64,000 nucleotides of DNA from a virus: IMG/VR virus record IMGVR_UViG_3300004154_000012; one strand, written 5' to 3'. This document shows positions 1 through 8,955 of this stretch, piece by piece. A model generated the notes under the pieces. It saw only the letters and a program-made list of their open reading frames with translations. It had not been told where the DNA came from and searched no databases. The translations under genes were made by a program, and so were the position numbers. Every line of letters begins with the position of its first letter. Position 1 is the first letter of the stretch.

Positions 1-6
1 GTCGCC

Positions 7-288
7 ATGTTCATGGCCGGAACTGCTGCGGCGCAGACGCTCTACCCGCCGATGCCATGCTCCTATTACGCTCAGTCCGCCTATGGGTATGCAGTTGAGC
101 GGGATCGAGGATTCACGAAGGAATCGCGCTTGGCCGAGCTGGACCGGCCGCCGGCGGACAACAAAACCGCCATCGCGATCGAGCGGCAGATGATCGAGGA
201 CCTGTGGACCCGTCGGGACGTCACGCCTGATCAGGCCCTGTCATGGGCGCACGGCTGGTGCGGGTGGCGCGCCCTTCCTCGACGTTAG
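7..288 (+). CDS. hypothetical small protein, possibly secreted; N-terminus may be cut by the window edge
   Basis: 93-aa ORF whose frame stays open back to nt 1. MFMAGTAAAQ looks like the end of a signal peptide. Third codon positions are mostly G/C. It is the only plus-strand gene here, convergent with 285..623, and their stop codons overlap. Confidence 0.35.
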   Translation: MFMAGTAAAQTLYPPMPCSYYAQSAYGYAVERDRGFTKESRLAELDRPPADNKTAIAIERQMIEDLWTRRDVTPDQALSWAHGWCGWRALPRR

Positions 289-623
289 GCCCCCGCGTCA
301 GGGTCGATGATCGACACCAATTCCCCGTCGGGATTCTCCACCCGCCTGTCCGGGTGGGGAAAACGCGCGTTCGCCTGATATTCCAGAAACGCCGCACGCA
401 AGGTCTCCTCCAACCCCGCCGGCGGCACCATGGCCGCCGTTTCCGGATCCTGATAGTTGCCCAGCATGCCAAGCTGGTCCGGGCCATACCCGGCACGCTT
501 TAGGAGCGCCTTGACCGGCCACCAGTAGACCCCGAACAGCTTGTACCGTTGCGGCTCGATCTGGAGTTGGGAGAGCACGTTCCGCAGCGCTGCGTGGACA
601 TCCATCATCAGTGTCTGGCTCAT
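285..623 (-). CDS. hypothetical protein, last gene of the leftward packaging/head-accessory operon
   Basis: 112-aa ORF. Its start overlaps the stop of the 2126-aa gene by 4 nt. No motif recognised. Confidence 0.45.
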   Translation of the reverse strand: MSQTLMMDVHAALRNVLSQLQIEPQRYKLFGVYWWPVKALLKRAGYGPDQLGMLGNYQDPETAAMVPPAGLEETLRAAFLEYQANARFPHPDRRVENPDGELVSIIDPDAGA

Positions 624-3600
624 TTCGACAGCTCCTCATGCAGAGCGGCAGCCGCCTCATCGGTGCGCATCGCGTTCAACAGGAAGTCGCGCACAGAAAC
701 CCCGCTATCCGTGGTGCGGTAGGCGTTCCCGCGCTTGGCCACCCGGAACACCTCCGGATGCACCTTATCGTCGTTGAAGCTGGACAGCGGCACCACCTCC
801 TTAATGGGATGATCCAGAACGCCTAGCGCCTTGGCCTTGCGCGCAAGGGCCCGCGCTGTTTCCTCCGGCCACGCCTTGTCCTCCAGAGCGCCATTGGCGG
901 GGCGCGACAGGTCAAGGGTTGGCAGCGCTGACCGTACGGCGTCGTGGAAGGTCGGCGAGTCCTCGATGTTGGCCAGCGCCCGGCGATGCACTTCCTGGTC
1001 CGCTTCGGCTCGCGCCGACGGGTCGAACAGGTTGTGCATGATCGACGCCCACGGATTCCCTCGATCGGCTCCATATTCGAAGCCTGGATATGCCGGCTCG
1101 ATCCCAACCGCCTTCGCGCCTCCATACGTGGTGCGCCGACCTTCCGCATACCGCGTTTTAATCTTCCGCTTGAGCGCAGCCCGCACATAGCCCTCAATCG
1201 CCAGCCTCCGCCCTTCATCCGTCGGCACGATCAGGTCGTGTGTCCCAATCATCCTGCGACCGTCGAAACTGGCGTACGCCACAGGGTTTCCTGCCGCATC
1301 GATCATGCCATACGGACCGCTGTGCCCATGATCGCGATAATTTCGGATCGCATCCTTGAGTTGGAACTGGAGCGTGGGAGCCATTCGCTCCAGCATGTCT
1401 TTCGGCAGATGCTTCAGGGCCGCCGGTGTCGTGGCGGTGCCGACGCCGGATACCGCCTTAGCTTCAGCCGCCACCTGAATCTCCGCAGCCTCCGCGTCCT
1501 CGTCATAGCCGAACGGCGTCACTCCCGACTTCATTTTCCCGATCGGAATATCCAAGGTGTGGCCGTCCGCCCGCCCCCATTGACGGCAGTGCAGCTTGCC
1601 ATCCTCCAGGTCGACGCTCGTGACCACCCACTTCGACGGGGTGCTGCTCCAATTCACCGGCGCTTCCGAGCCTCCGACCATCTCGAAAGCTCTGTTCTTC
1701 GCCCAGGCGTGGTTCGTCACCGGCTCGATCAGGGCTGGCTCGCCACCATCCAGAAGGTCCTTGTGGTTGAAGTAGCGGCTATCGCGCAGAGCCTCGCGCA
1801 GCAAGGCCATTTTGACGGCGAGACGATCGGCTGCCCTCCCCTTTGCGCCAGAAGCATTCAGTTTTTTGAGACTGGCCGTCATCTCTTGGAAGCGACCGAA
1901 CATGTCAACCGCGCGGCCCCTCTCCTCCGCCGTCTTCCGCTCCGCCGCGGCGGCCTTGTCCGCCTCGTATTTTGCCCGCGCCTCCTCCGGGTGCGCCGCA
2001 AGCATGATGAGCATGTCCTGGCGGGAAAACGCCCCCTCGCGCGCCAGGTTCTCCACCCGATCGCCGCCGTTCCACAGCAGGTCCTGCCAGTCCTTCTTGG
2101 ACAGGATCGTCTGGTACCGGTAGCCATCGAACGACCCTTTGGCCATATACGTGTGGATGCGGACCGCCTCGCGGGTGTTCCCTTGCCGAAGCCCTCGACC
2201 GTTGCGTTGTTGCAGGGTCGAAGGCTCCCAGGGCAGATCGCAGTGATGAAGGTCCGTCGTCATCTTCTGGAGGTTGACGCCCTCCTCCATCGTCTTGTTG
2301 CCAATCACCACCTTCAGTTTGCCACTGTTGAAGTCGTCGGAAATCCTCTGCCGCGCGGCAGAGGTGGAAGCGGCCTTGGCGTTGATGATGCCGATCTGGT
2401 CGCGCGGGATGCCCGCCGCCACCAGGGCCGTGGCGATCTTCTCGTGCGCGGCGACAGCTTCGCAGAACACCACCTGCCCGCCATCGGTCGAGAGCTTGGC
2501 GACGTTCGCCGCCACAGCCTCGATCTTCGGCGAGCGCGCGCCCTTGTGCTGCGGGCCCAACAGCTCCAGGTCGAGCGACGCCTTCCCCATCTTGTCCATG
2601 ATGGAGAAAATATGGGCATCGCCGGTATCGTCACCGCTGGCCTTATCCGCAGCCGCTTGGCGCAGTTCCTGATAGACCGCCTCCTGTTCCGAGGTCATGT
2701 CGATCAGGTGCTGGTGGTCCTGGCGCGCGGGAAGCTGGAGGCCGACGTCGGCCGCCGTCTTCCGGTCGATGAAGCGGCGCATCACCTCCCGTAGCTCGCC
2801 GAGGTTCTTGAAGCCAGCCGTCACCAACGCTTCCTCGACTTGGCCGTCGACGGTCAGAATCGTGTCCTCCTTGAACTCGCAGAAGCGGTCCAGGAAATCC
2901 TCGCTGTTTTTGATGCCCATGCGCTCGAAAGCTTCCGGCGCGATGTGCGACAGCATCGAATAGATTTCGAGCGGGCTGTTCTTGGTCGGGGTGGCGGTCA
3001 GCATGTAGATGCCCTTGCCGCCGTTGGCGTCCCGCAACGAGCGCGACTTGAAATAAGTGTCCTGCGCCCGGTTCGATAACCCGGAACCGCCCAGGAACTT
3101 CGGCGACTCGCCGAAGCGATTCCGCGCCGCATAGAGGTTCTTGTATGCCTGCCCCTCGTCCATCAGCAGCATGTCGATGCCGAGGTCGTTGAAATAGACC
3201 GTCCCCTCCCGCTTGCCGAACTCGCGCTTCGCCAGCGCCTGTTCGTGCGCTGTCCTGATCTGGTTCAGCCGCTTGTCACCGGCATTGCCCAGCTTGTCGC
3301 CACGCTTGGTCCAGAAATCGTCGTTCGCATACTGCCCCTTGGTGATCGGGTCGACATCCAGATCATTCCAGGCCGGTTGCGAGATGAACACGAAATCATA
3401 TTCGTTCTGCTGCAACTCGTGATACTTGCGTCGGCGTGTCTCTTCATTGTCTGATTTCGAGACGAGGTTGCCGACTTTGTCGCGCGAGTAGGTTTCGCCG
3501 ATCACCAGGACCTTGGAGCCGGGAAACCAGAACTCCGCCTCCTTCACCCAATTCGCCAGCACCGACTTCGGCACCACGAAGGTCGGGCGCTTCGCCTGCC

Positions 3601-6600
3601 CAGTGACCTTCGCCAGCTTCGCCAGCATCAGCCCTCGACCGGTCTTTCCCAGACCAACATCGGCGGCGATGATCCCCTTGCCGGCCTCCAGCGCCCAGCG
3701 CAGACCAGCAAAGTGGTAGCCGTTGACGTCAAGGGCGGGGTTCAGGCCGGGAATCGCTATCGGCGCGTCGCTGTAGGCCTTCGGCACGAAGCCGCGATAG
3801 GTGCGATTATACGCCTCCTCGACTTGGTCGCGCCATTCTGAGCCCAGCAGCCAGTCGCGGAACTCCTTTTGCAGCCGCGCGACCTTATCCCGATCATCCT
3901 TCCGCACGCCAGCGCGGTTCAGGAACTTCTCCACCAGCTCCGCGTCGTGGTTGAAACCATCGGGGCGAAGCCTATAGAGGCCATCATCATAGCTGACGTC
4001 GACCGCGCCCGGCGCCCAGGACGCGCCCGGATGCTTCTCCATGAAAGTCGCCCGGCGCGCAGCGAACCACGCCGTCAACACCGTCGGCTTGATGAAGCCG
4101 CTGTTGAGGGAGATTTCCACGTCCTCCAACGACTGCGGCGCAATCGCCTCCTCCAGCGCCGCCACCTGTCGCTGGTACTTCCCACGGTAGGCATCGGACA
4201 GGCCCTCATGCGCCAGGGCAGCCTTAGCCGCGTCGTACCGCTGCCACAGGTCCCCCGAGAGGTAAGCATCCATCGTCGTCCAGGTCTGCCCGTCCGGATC
4301 CACAGCAAAGGCTGGTGACGCGAACAGGTGGTCGAGCACAGCCTCCCGGTCGCCATGCCCCCAGGCCGCGGCGAGCTGGTCTACCGTGAAGCCGCCGGAC
4401 TCCAGCGCGATCTTCGTCGCGATGGTGTCGAGGTCGGCTCCGCCAGCCTCGCGGGTTCGGCCGGTGACGAGGTCGGAATAGGTGCCGTCGTCATGCACGG
4501 CGCCCAGCAGGCGCGCGACGCGCCGACGGGCCCGATCAACGTCATAGGCATGGTCTTCGTCGCTCCGCCCCTTTTCCCGCAGGAGGATAGGTGCCTGAAG
4601 CCACTGCCGGAGGTCCTTGTTTCGGTGCGGCGCGCCGTGCGTCGCCACATAGTCGTCCAGCAGTTCGGCGAGTTGGGCGCGGGCGAACCGCGGGTCCTTG
4701 GCCCGGCCGTCCGCCAAGTCCTCCAGCAGTTCCGCGATGCGGTGCGCATCTTCGACCGCTGCGGGAGTTTCCTCCTCCGTCCGATGCCAGCGCGGCGGGT
4801 CGCCCTGGAGGATGTAACGCTCCCCGTTCACCACCTTGACGTCACCCGGCTTGGCGACCTGGTAGGGGTTCTTCAGCGCCGCGTTGACCGCGCGCCGCTT
4901 GGCTGCGGTGTCATCGCCCAGGTGTTTCAAAATCTGCGTTACAGTTGGCGACGTGCCGCCCATGTCCTCCGGCCGCCACGCGGCCAGCGCCTCCGGCACC
5001 CCCTCCATTGAGCCGCTGACGGTGATGTCCTGACCGATGCCGGCCTTGGCCCGCCACCCTTCCTCCAGGCGGCCCATGACGTGGCCAGCGCCGCGGCCAT
5101 CGCTGAAGTACGTGCCGCCCAGCATGTCAGCGTCCCACACGCCCAGCGCTTGAAGTTGGTCCTGCGTCAGGGTGGAAAGCGCGCCGGCCACATCCTGTGG
5201 ACGCTTCCGGAAGATCACGATGTCGCTGGTGACTGCCGTGTGTGCGGCGGAGAAGGCGGTGTTCGGGAGTCGATGAGCGCCCAGGAACTCTCCTTTACGC
5301 ATCAGGCGCTCGCGCACAGCGCGGCCATTCTGCGAGTCCATCAGGCCGGTGGGCACAATCAGCGCGACCAGCCCGCCATCGCGGCATTTGTCGAGAGCGG
5401 TGTCCACGAAATACGCCTCTGCCGTGGCCAAGTCCGGCTTGTCGTCTTTCACCACCGATCCGCGCAGGCCAAACGGCACGTTGCCGATCACGGCGTCGTA
5501 TTGCCGGCCATCCTGTGTTGCAAACCGCTCCAGGGACGCGGTGTGGACCTCGTGACCGGCCTGGGTGTGGAGGATGCGGGCGATGCGGCTGGAGATGGGG
5601 TCCATCTCCACCGCCGTCACGCGCGCCCCGGCCGGGGCGGTGTGGAGGAAAGCACCGGTGGCGCTGGACGGCTCCAGGACCTCCCCGCCGGTGAAGCCCA
5701 GGTTGGTCAGCATCGACCACATGGCCCCGGCGACGGCCGGATCGGTGTAGAACTCGTTCAAGGAATCGCCGACGCCACCGCGGCCGGTATACTGCGCCAG
5801 GACGGCGCGGTCCTCTGCCGTCATCTGGTCATCGGTTTTGTCCTTCAGAATCGCCAGCGCCCGTGCGTTCGCCGCCTTCCGTGCCTTCTTGGTCGTGCCG
5901 GTGGGGACACCCCACTGGAGCGGCTTTGCTTCTGCGCTGGCACCCTCGTTTGTGGGGGATGCAGATGGCGCCGCATTCTCCTTCGACCATGCCGCAGCGT
6001 TGGCCAGGGCCTTGCGTGCATTGGCGAACCAGACCTTCCGGCCCATGTCAGTGGTGCCTTGATGCAAGGCATTGCCCATGGCCTCCCGGACCTTGTGCTT
6101 CGGAATGCCAAGCACATCCTGAACCGCTGGAGACAACCATTCGAAGCGGGCGCTTCGCGGATTCAGGTTGAGCAGTTTGAGGTCCGCGTCGCTCAACTCC
6201 TGACCTGCCAGAAGACGTTCGCGAATGTCCGCTTTGTGGCGGGCCGACGTCTCCGCCTGTTTCGCCGAATGCAGGCGGTTGCTGTGCCACTGTCGCGCTT
6301 CAGCGACCGCCGCCTCCCGCGTGGCTTGGAAGTTGCCCAGCGGCTCGCCAGCGGCGTCCTTCACACGCCATTTCCCAGCGGCGAGGCCGCGCCCGTCCTG
6401 GTACAGACGCGCGCCCACCGGGAGACCGTCTACGTTCTCCAGTTCCTCCCCCTCATGCGGAACGTCTGGAGCGGGTTCGGGCGCGGGCATGGGATCACTT
6501 CCGCCATCAGCCGGCGCACGGAGGCCCAGCAGCGCCTCCACTTGGTGGATGTGGAGTCCCCCGATCTGCGCCATGAGCTGCACCGCCCGCGCGCGCTCCA

Positions 6601-7000
6601 TCGGCTTGGCGGCCTTCAGCTTCGCCGTCAGCGCATCCTTCCCGGCGTGCGCGGTGATGAACTCGGCCAGCTTCCGCAAGCCGTCGCCGACCGGAGCGAC
6701 AGCGTCGGACGGTTTCCTGGCGGGGGCAGGGGCAGCGTCACCGAACAGGGTCGGCTGCACTGCGGTCGGCTTGGGAGAGTCGAAGAGAGAGGCCTGTGCC
6801 GGACCAACCGCCGACGCCTGCCGTTTGTGCCGGACGCCGCGGTGGGGCGCCACATAGGTCCCCCGCTTGGTCGTATAGCCGGTGACGTCGACAGGTGTGG
6901 CGAACAGGTCGGAGGAGGCGCCTCCGGGGATGGCAGCCTTGAGAAGGATAATCACTGGACAGTCCCGCGCGTGATGGCCATGCGCGGAGTGTGCTGTCAC
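620..7000 (-). CDS. giant polyvalent protein: N6-adenine DNA methyltransferase plus SNF2/DEAD-like helicase (DarB-like)
   Basis: 2126-aa ORF. SAM-binding EPSSATGAFL and catalytic IGNVPFG motifs. Helicase Walker A ADVGLGKTG, DExx box LLMDEGQAYKN, TATP, and motif VI QQRNGRGLRQGN. The start is ambiguous: GTG 7000 (inside the GTCGTGAC motif) or GTG 6955. Confidence 0.9.
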   Translation of the reverse strand: MTAHSAHGHHARDCPVIILLKAAIPGGASSDLFATPVDVTGYTTKRGTYVAPHRGVRHKRQASAVGPAQASLFDSPKPTAVQPTLFGDAAPAPARKPSDAVAPVGDGLRKLAEFITAHAGKDALTAKLKAAKPMERARAVQLMAQIGGLHIHQVEALLGLRAPADGGSDPMPAPEPAPDVPHEGEELENVDGLPVGARLYQDGRGLAAGKWRVKDAAGEPLGNFQATREAAVAEARQWHSNRLHSAKQAETSARHKADIRERLLAGQELSDADLKLLNLNPRSARFEWLSPAVQDVLGIPKHKVREAMGNALHQGTTDMGRKVWFANARKALANAAAWSKENAAPSASPTNEGASAEAKPLQWGVPTGTTKKARKAANARALAILKDKTDDQMTAEDRAVLAQYTGRGGVGDSLNEFYTDPAVAGAMWSMLTNLGFTGGEVLEPSSATGAFLHTAPAGARVTAVEMDPISSRIARILHTQAGHEVHTASLERFATQDGRQYDAVIGNVPFGLRGSVVKDDKPDLATAEAYFVDTALDKCRDGGLVALIVPTGLMDSQNGRAVRERLMRKGEFLGAHRLPNTAFSAAHTAVTSDIVIFRKRPQDVAGALSTLTQDQLQALGVWDADMLGGTYFSDGRGAGHVMGRLEEGWRAKAGIGQDITVSGSMEGVPEALAAWRPEDMGGTSPTVTQILKHLGDDTAAKRRAVNAALKNPYQVAKPGDVKVVNGERYILQGDPPRWHRTEEETPAAVEDAHRIAELLEDLADGRAKDPRFARAQLAELLDDYVATHGAPHRNKDLRQWLQAPILLREKGRSDEDHAYDVDRARRRVARLLGAVHDDGTYSDLVTGRTREAGGADLDTIATKIALESGGFTVDQLAAAWGHGDREAVLDHLFASPAFAVDPDGQTWTTMDAYLSGDLWQRYDAAKAALAHEGLSDAYRGKYQRQVAALEEAIAPQSLEDVEISLNSGFIKPTVLTAWFAARRATFMEKHPGASWAPGAVDVSYDDGLYRLRPDGFNHDAELVEKFLNRAGVRKDDRDKVARLQKEFRDWLLGSEWRDQVEEAYNRTYRGFVPKAYSDAPIAIPGLNPALDVNGYHFAGLRWALEAGKGIIAADVGLGKTGRGLMLAKLAKVTGQAKRPTFVVPKSVLANWVKEAEFWFPGSKVLVIGETYSRDKVGNLVSKSDNEETRRRKYHELQQNEYDFVFISQPAWNDLDVDPITKGQYANDDFWTKRGDKLGNAGDKRLNQIRTAHEQALAKREFGKREGTVYFNDLGIDMLLMDEGQAYKNLYAARNRFGESPKFLGGSGLSNRAQDTYFKSRSLRDANGGKGIYMLTATPTKNSPLEIYSMLSHIAPEAFERMGIKNSEDFLDRFCEFKEDTILTVDGQVEEALVTAGFKNLGELREVMRRFIDRKTAADVGLQLPARQDHQHLIDMTSEQEAVYQELRQAAADKASGDDTGDAHIFSIMDKMGKASLDLELLGPQHKGARSPKIEAVAANVAKLSTDGGQVVFCEAVAAHEKIATALVAAGIPRDQIGIINAKAASTSAARQRISDDFNSGKLKVVIGNKTMEEGVNLQKMTTDLHHCDLPWEPSTLQQRNGRGLRQGNTREAVRIHTYMAKGSFDGYRYQTILSKKDWQDLLWNGGDRVENLAREGAFSRQDMLIMLAAHPEEARAKYEADKAAAAERKTAEERGRAVDMFGRFQEMTASLKKLNASGAKGRAADRLAVKMALLREALRDSRYFNHKDLLDGGEPALIEPVTNHAWAKNRAFEMVGGSEAPVNWSSTPSKWVVTSVDLEDGKLHCRQWGRADGHTLDIPIGKMKSGVTPFGYDEDAEAAEIQVAAEAKAVSGVGTATTPAALKHLPKDMLERMAPTLQFQLKDAIRNYRDHGHSGPYGMIDAAGNPVAYASFDGRRMIGTHDLIVPTDEGRRLAIEGYVRAALKRKIKTRYAEGRRTTYGGAKAVGIEPAYPGFEYGADRGNPWASIMHNLFDPSARAEADQEVHRRALANIEDSPTFHDAVRSALPTLDLSRPANGALEDKAWPEETARALARKAKALGVLDHPIKEVVPLSSFNDDKVHPEVFRVAKRGNAYRTTDSGVSVRDFLLNAMRTDEAAAALHEELSK

Positions 7001-7003
7001 GAC
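6996..7003 (-). promoter_or_regulatory. GTCGTGAC junction motif copy
   Basis: Minus strand reads GTCGTGAC-AGCACACTCCGCGC-ATG, 14 nt to ATG 6981. That ATG opens a 9-codon mini-ORF, not the giant ORF. Confidence 0.6.
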
Positions 7004-7054
7004 GGATTCGAGGCGCCCCAGGCGAACAGGTCCTGCTGCGCCGTCTCCCGGCGC

Positions 7055-7735
7055 TCATCGGTCGCGATAGCGAGGCTGCGCGCGGTGGCGTGCTCCGTCA
7101 TGCGCTTGCACCATGGCCCGCAGGAACAGAATCGAGCCGGCCTTGAGAAGGCGCGGCGCATCCCGAGTGGTCAGGACCTGCCGCTTGAACTCCACAACTG
7201 GCATTTCGGCGACACTGCCGAAAAACCGTGGGTCGTCGTACATACCGGCGAACGCCGCCCTGGCCTCCTCCTCGGTGTTGAAGCCCAGCAGGGCCTTCTG
7301 CTCGTCCTTCACGATGAAGGCGGGCGGCGCCATCGTGGTCACGACGTAGACAGTCGGCGCGTCCGGGTTCGGCCCCACCAGACAGTCGAAATGGTCGCCG
7401 TCGATGCCGAGCGTGCCCCGGATATAGCCGTAATGGTGCTGCATGGAGATGGCCCACTCGTGGCCACCGCAGTCCACACCCCGTCGGATGGAGCCCCGTG
7501 GGTTCTCGATCGTGATGTCGAGGCCCTGGAACTGGAGACGGTGCTTGCGGTAGTTCCCAGCGTCGAGCTGCGCTGACGTCGGAGCGTGGTCGACGTCGCG
7601 CGATGCCGCGTGAACGCGGAGGGAGATGGCGCGATCCTCCGCCGCCATCGCGACAGGATCGCCGCCGGTGCGGCGTGCGAGGAGCCGCTGATAGCGGGCC
7701 TCGATGTCGGATTTGCAGAGGAGGAGGATCGTCAT
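7055..7735 (-). CDS. head-accessory protein with inorganic-pyrophosphatase-like core (tentative)
   Basis: 226 aa. GNYRKHRLQFQGLDITIENPRGS block, and GIDGDHFDCLVGP resembles the PPase DGDPxDxLV metal site. The C-terminus carries LLKAGSILFLRAMVQAHDGARHR, a module shared with neighbouring genes. Confidence 0.6.
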   Translation of the reverse strand: MTILLLCKSDIEARYQRLLARRTGGDPVAMAAEDRAISLRVHAASRDVDHAPTSAQLDAGNYRKHRLQFQGLDITIENPRGSIRRGVDCGGHEWAISMQHHYGYIRGTLGIDGDHFDCLVGPNPDAPTVYVVTTMAPPAFIVKDEQKALLGFNTEEEARAAFAGMYDDPRFFGSVAEMPVVEFKRQVLTTRDAPRLLKAGSILFLRAMVQAHDGARHRAQPRYRDR

Positions 7736-7749
7736 GCCGGCAGTGTGCC

Positions 7750-7757
7750 GTCACGAC
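7750..7757 (-). promoter_or_regulatory. GTCGTGAC junction motif copy
   Basis: GTCGTGAC-GGCACACTGCCGGC-ATG, exactly 14 nt to ATG 7735. No Shine-Dalgarno in the spacer. The motif starts 7 nt after the MuF-like stop codon. Confidence 0.65.
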
Positions 7758-7763
7758 GGCGGA

Positions 7764-8954
7764 TCACCTCTTGGCTGCGGCCGCCTCGAATTGCTGGCGC
7801 TTGGATTCCGCGATCTTGCCCTTCAGCCAGGACTCGAACTCCGGCGACACCTCGGGCGGCCGCTCGCTGACCGGCGTCCAGGTCCCGCGACAATGCGGAT
7901 GCTGGACGCCGGCGGCCGGCCACCACATCTCCTCCGGCTCCCGCTCCACCAACTCCCCGCCCTCACGCTTGCGCGGTGCCGCCGACCGGCCGACGTTCGT
8001 CTTGCCGACCCACACCTCTTTCCAGCCGTCCTTGTCCGGCTTGTCCGCCGACACGACGGTCAGCACCAGACCGTTGATCGACTTGCAAAAGTCGCACGCG
8101 CCGCGATAGGCCTCCATCCGCTTGACGCGCTGGCCCGGCGTCTGCGCGGCGATGAAGCCCTGGCAGGTGCATTCCCCCGCCTCCGTCACCGCGATCCGGC
8201 GGAAGTCCCGGTTCAGGATCCCGAACGTGTCGAACAGTTCCTGCCGCAGCGCGCCGGTGGTGCCCTCCTTCTGGCCCAGCACCATCGCCTGGAGGTTTTC
8301 CCGCACGATCCGCTTCATGCGCGACCGCGCGCCCTCTGTGACGTCGGAAATATGCTGCGCCGCGCGTTCCTTCGCGAAGATCAGGATGGCGTGCTCCGTC
8401 GGGGTCAGCACGCGCGGCGGAACATGGGCGAACCGCGTGGGCAGCATCTCCGCCAGCGCGTGGATGGTCGCGTGGTCCGGCTGATGGGCCTCCATGACGG
8501 CCTGGACCTTGCCGGCCATGGCCGCCCGCACCGTCAGGTATTCGGCCTCCGTCTGGATCACCTCATCGGGCAGGTAGCGCTGCACCAGGTAATCGACCAG
8601 CAGCATCCAGTCCTCCAGCGTGTAGCTGGATGGAGGCTTGGCCTCCAGCCGCATCCGGACTTCCTGGAATCGCGTCTCGTCCCAGCGCAGCCAGGGCGGC
8701 AGGGACTTGGCCAACTCGCCGATCGGCTCCCCGGTCAGCGCTTTCGCCAGCGCGTCCTGGAGCGCCTGGAGGAGGCGTTGGAGCCGGCGCGTCACATCCT
8801 CGACGTGCTCCGTGATGTATGGGTTGTCGTGTCTGGCCCAAACACCATCAGCGTCGCCGGAGGGATTCTCCGACAACGCTTTATAGAGCTGGTCAAGATG
8901 ATGGTCGCAATGGCAGGCCGGAACGGCCCCTATATCAATCAAGAGGGGCGGCAT
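7764..8954 (-). CDS. MuF / SPP1 gp7-like head morphogenesis protein
   Basis: 396 aa, immediately after the portal-proximal gene. C-terminal CDFCKSINGLV ... HPHCRGTW matches the HPNCRC-type signature of MuF-family proteins. Confidence 0.75.
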   Translation of the reverse strand: MPPLLIDIGAVPACHCDHHLDQLYKALSENPSGDADGVWARHDNPYITEHVEDVTRRLQRLLQALQDALAKALTGEPIGELAKSLPPWLRWDETRFQEVRMRLEAKPPSSYTLEDWMLLVDYLVQRYLPDEVIQTEAEYLTVRAAMAGKVQAVMEAHQPDHATIHALAEMLPTRFAHVPPRVLTPTEHAILIFAKERAAQHISDVTEGARSRMKRIVRENLQAMVLGQKEGTTGALRQELFDTFGILNRDFRRIAVTEAGECTCQGFIAAQTPGQRVKRMEAYRGACDFCKSINGLVLTVVSADKPDKDGWKEVWVGKTNVGRSAAPRKREGGELVEREPEEMWWPAAGVQHPHCRGTWTPVSERPPEVSPEFESWLKGKIAESKRQQFEAAAAKR

Positions 8955-8955
8955 G

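Noticed and set aside
944-2794. Long plus-strand ORFs antisense to the packaging genes. Besides this one, the same applies to 5081..7576, 7704..9191, 11409..12566 and 12826..14562.
   Set aside because: Their translations are Arg/Pro/Gly/His-rich with no motifs. They lie opposite ORFs that carry clear enzyme signatures (helicase, MTase, MuF, portal, terminase). Long open antisense frames are expected in GC-rich DNA.
7735-7757. A sigma-54-like reading of the motif flank (CGGCAC-N5-CGGCA, GG-N10-GC) at the 7750 copy.
   Set aside because: Only this copy fits. The other copies lack the -24 GG, the -12 GC or both, so the resemblance is probably coincidental.
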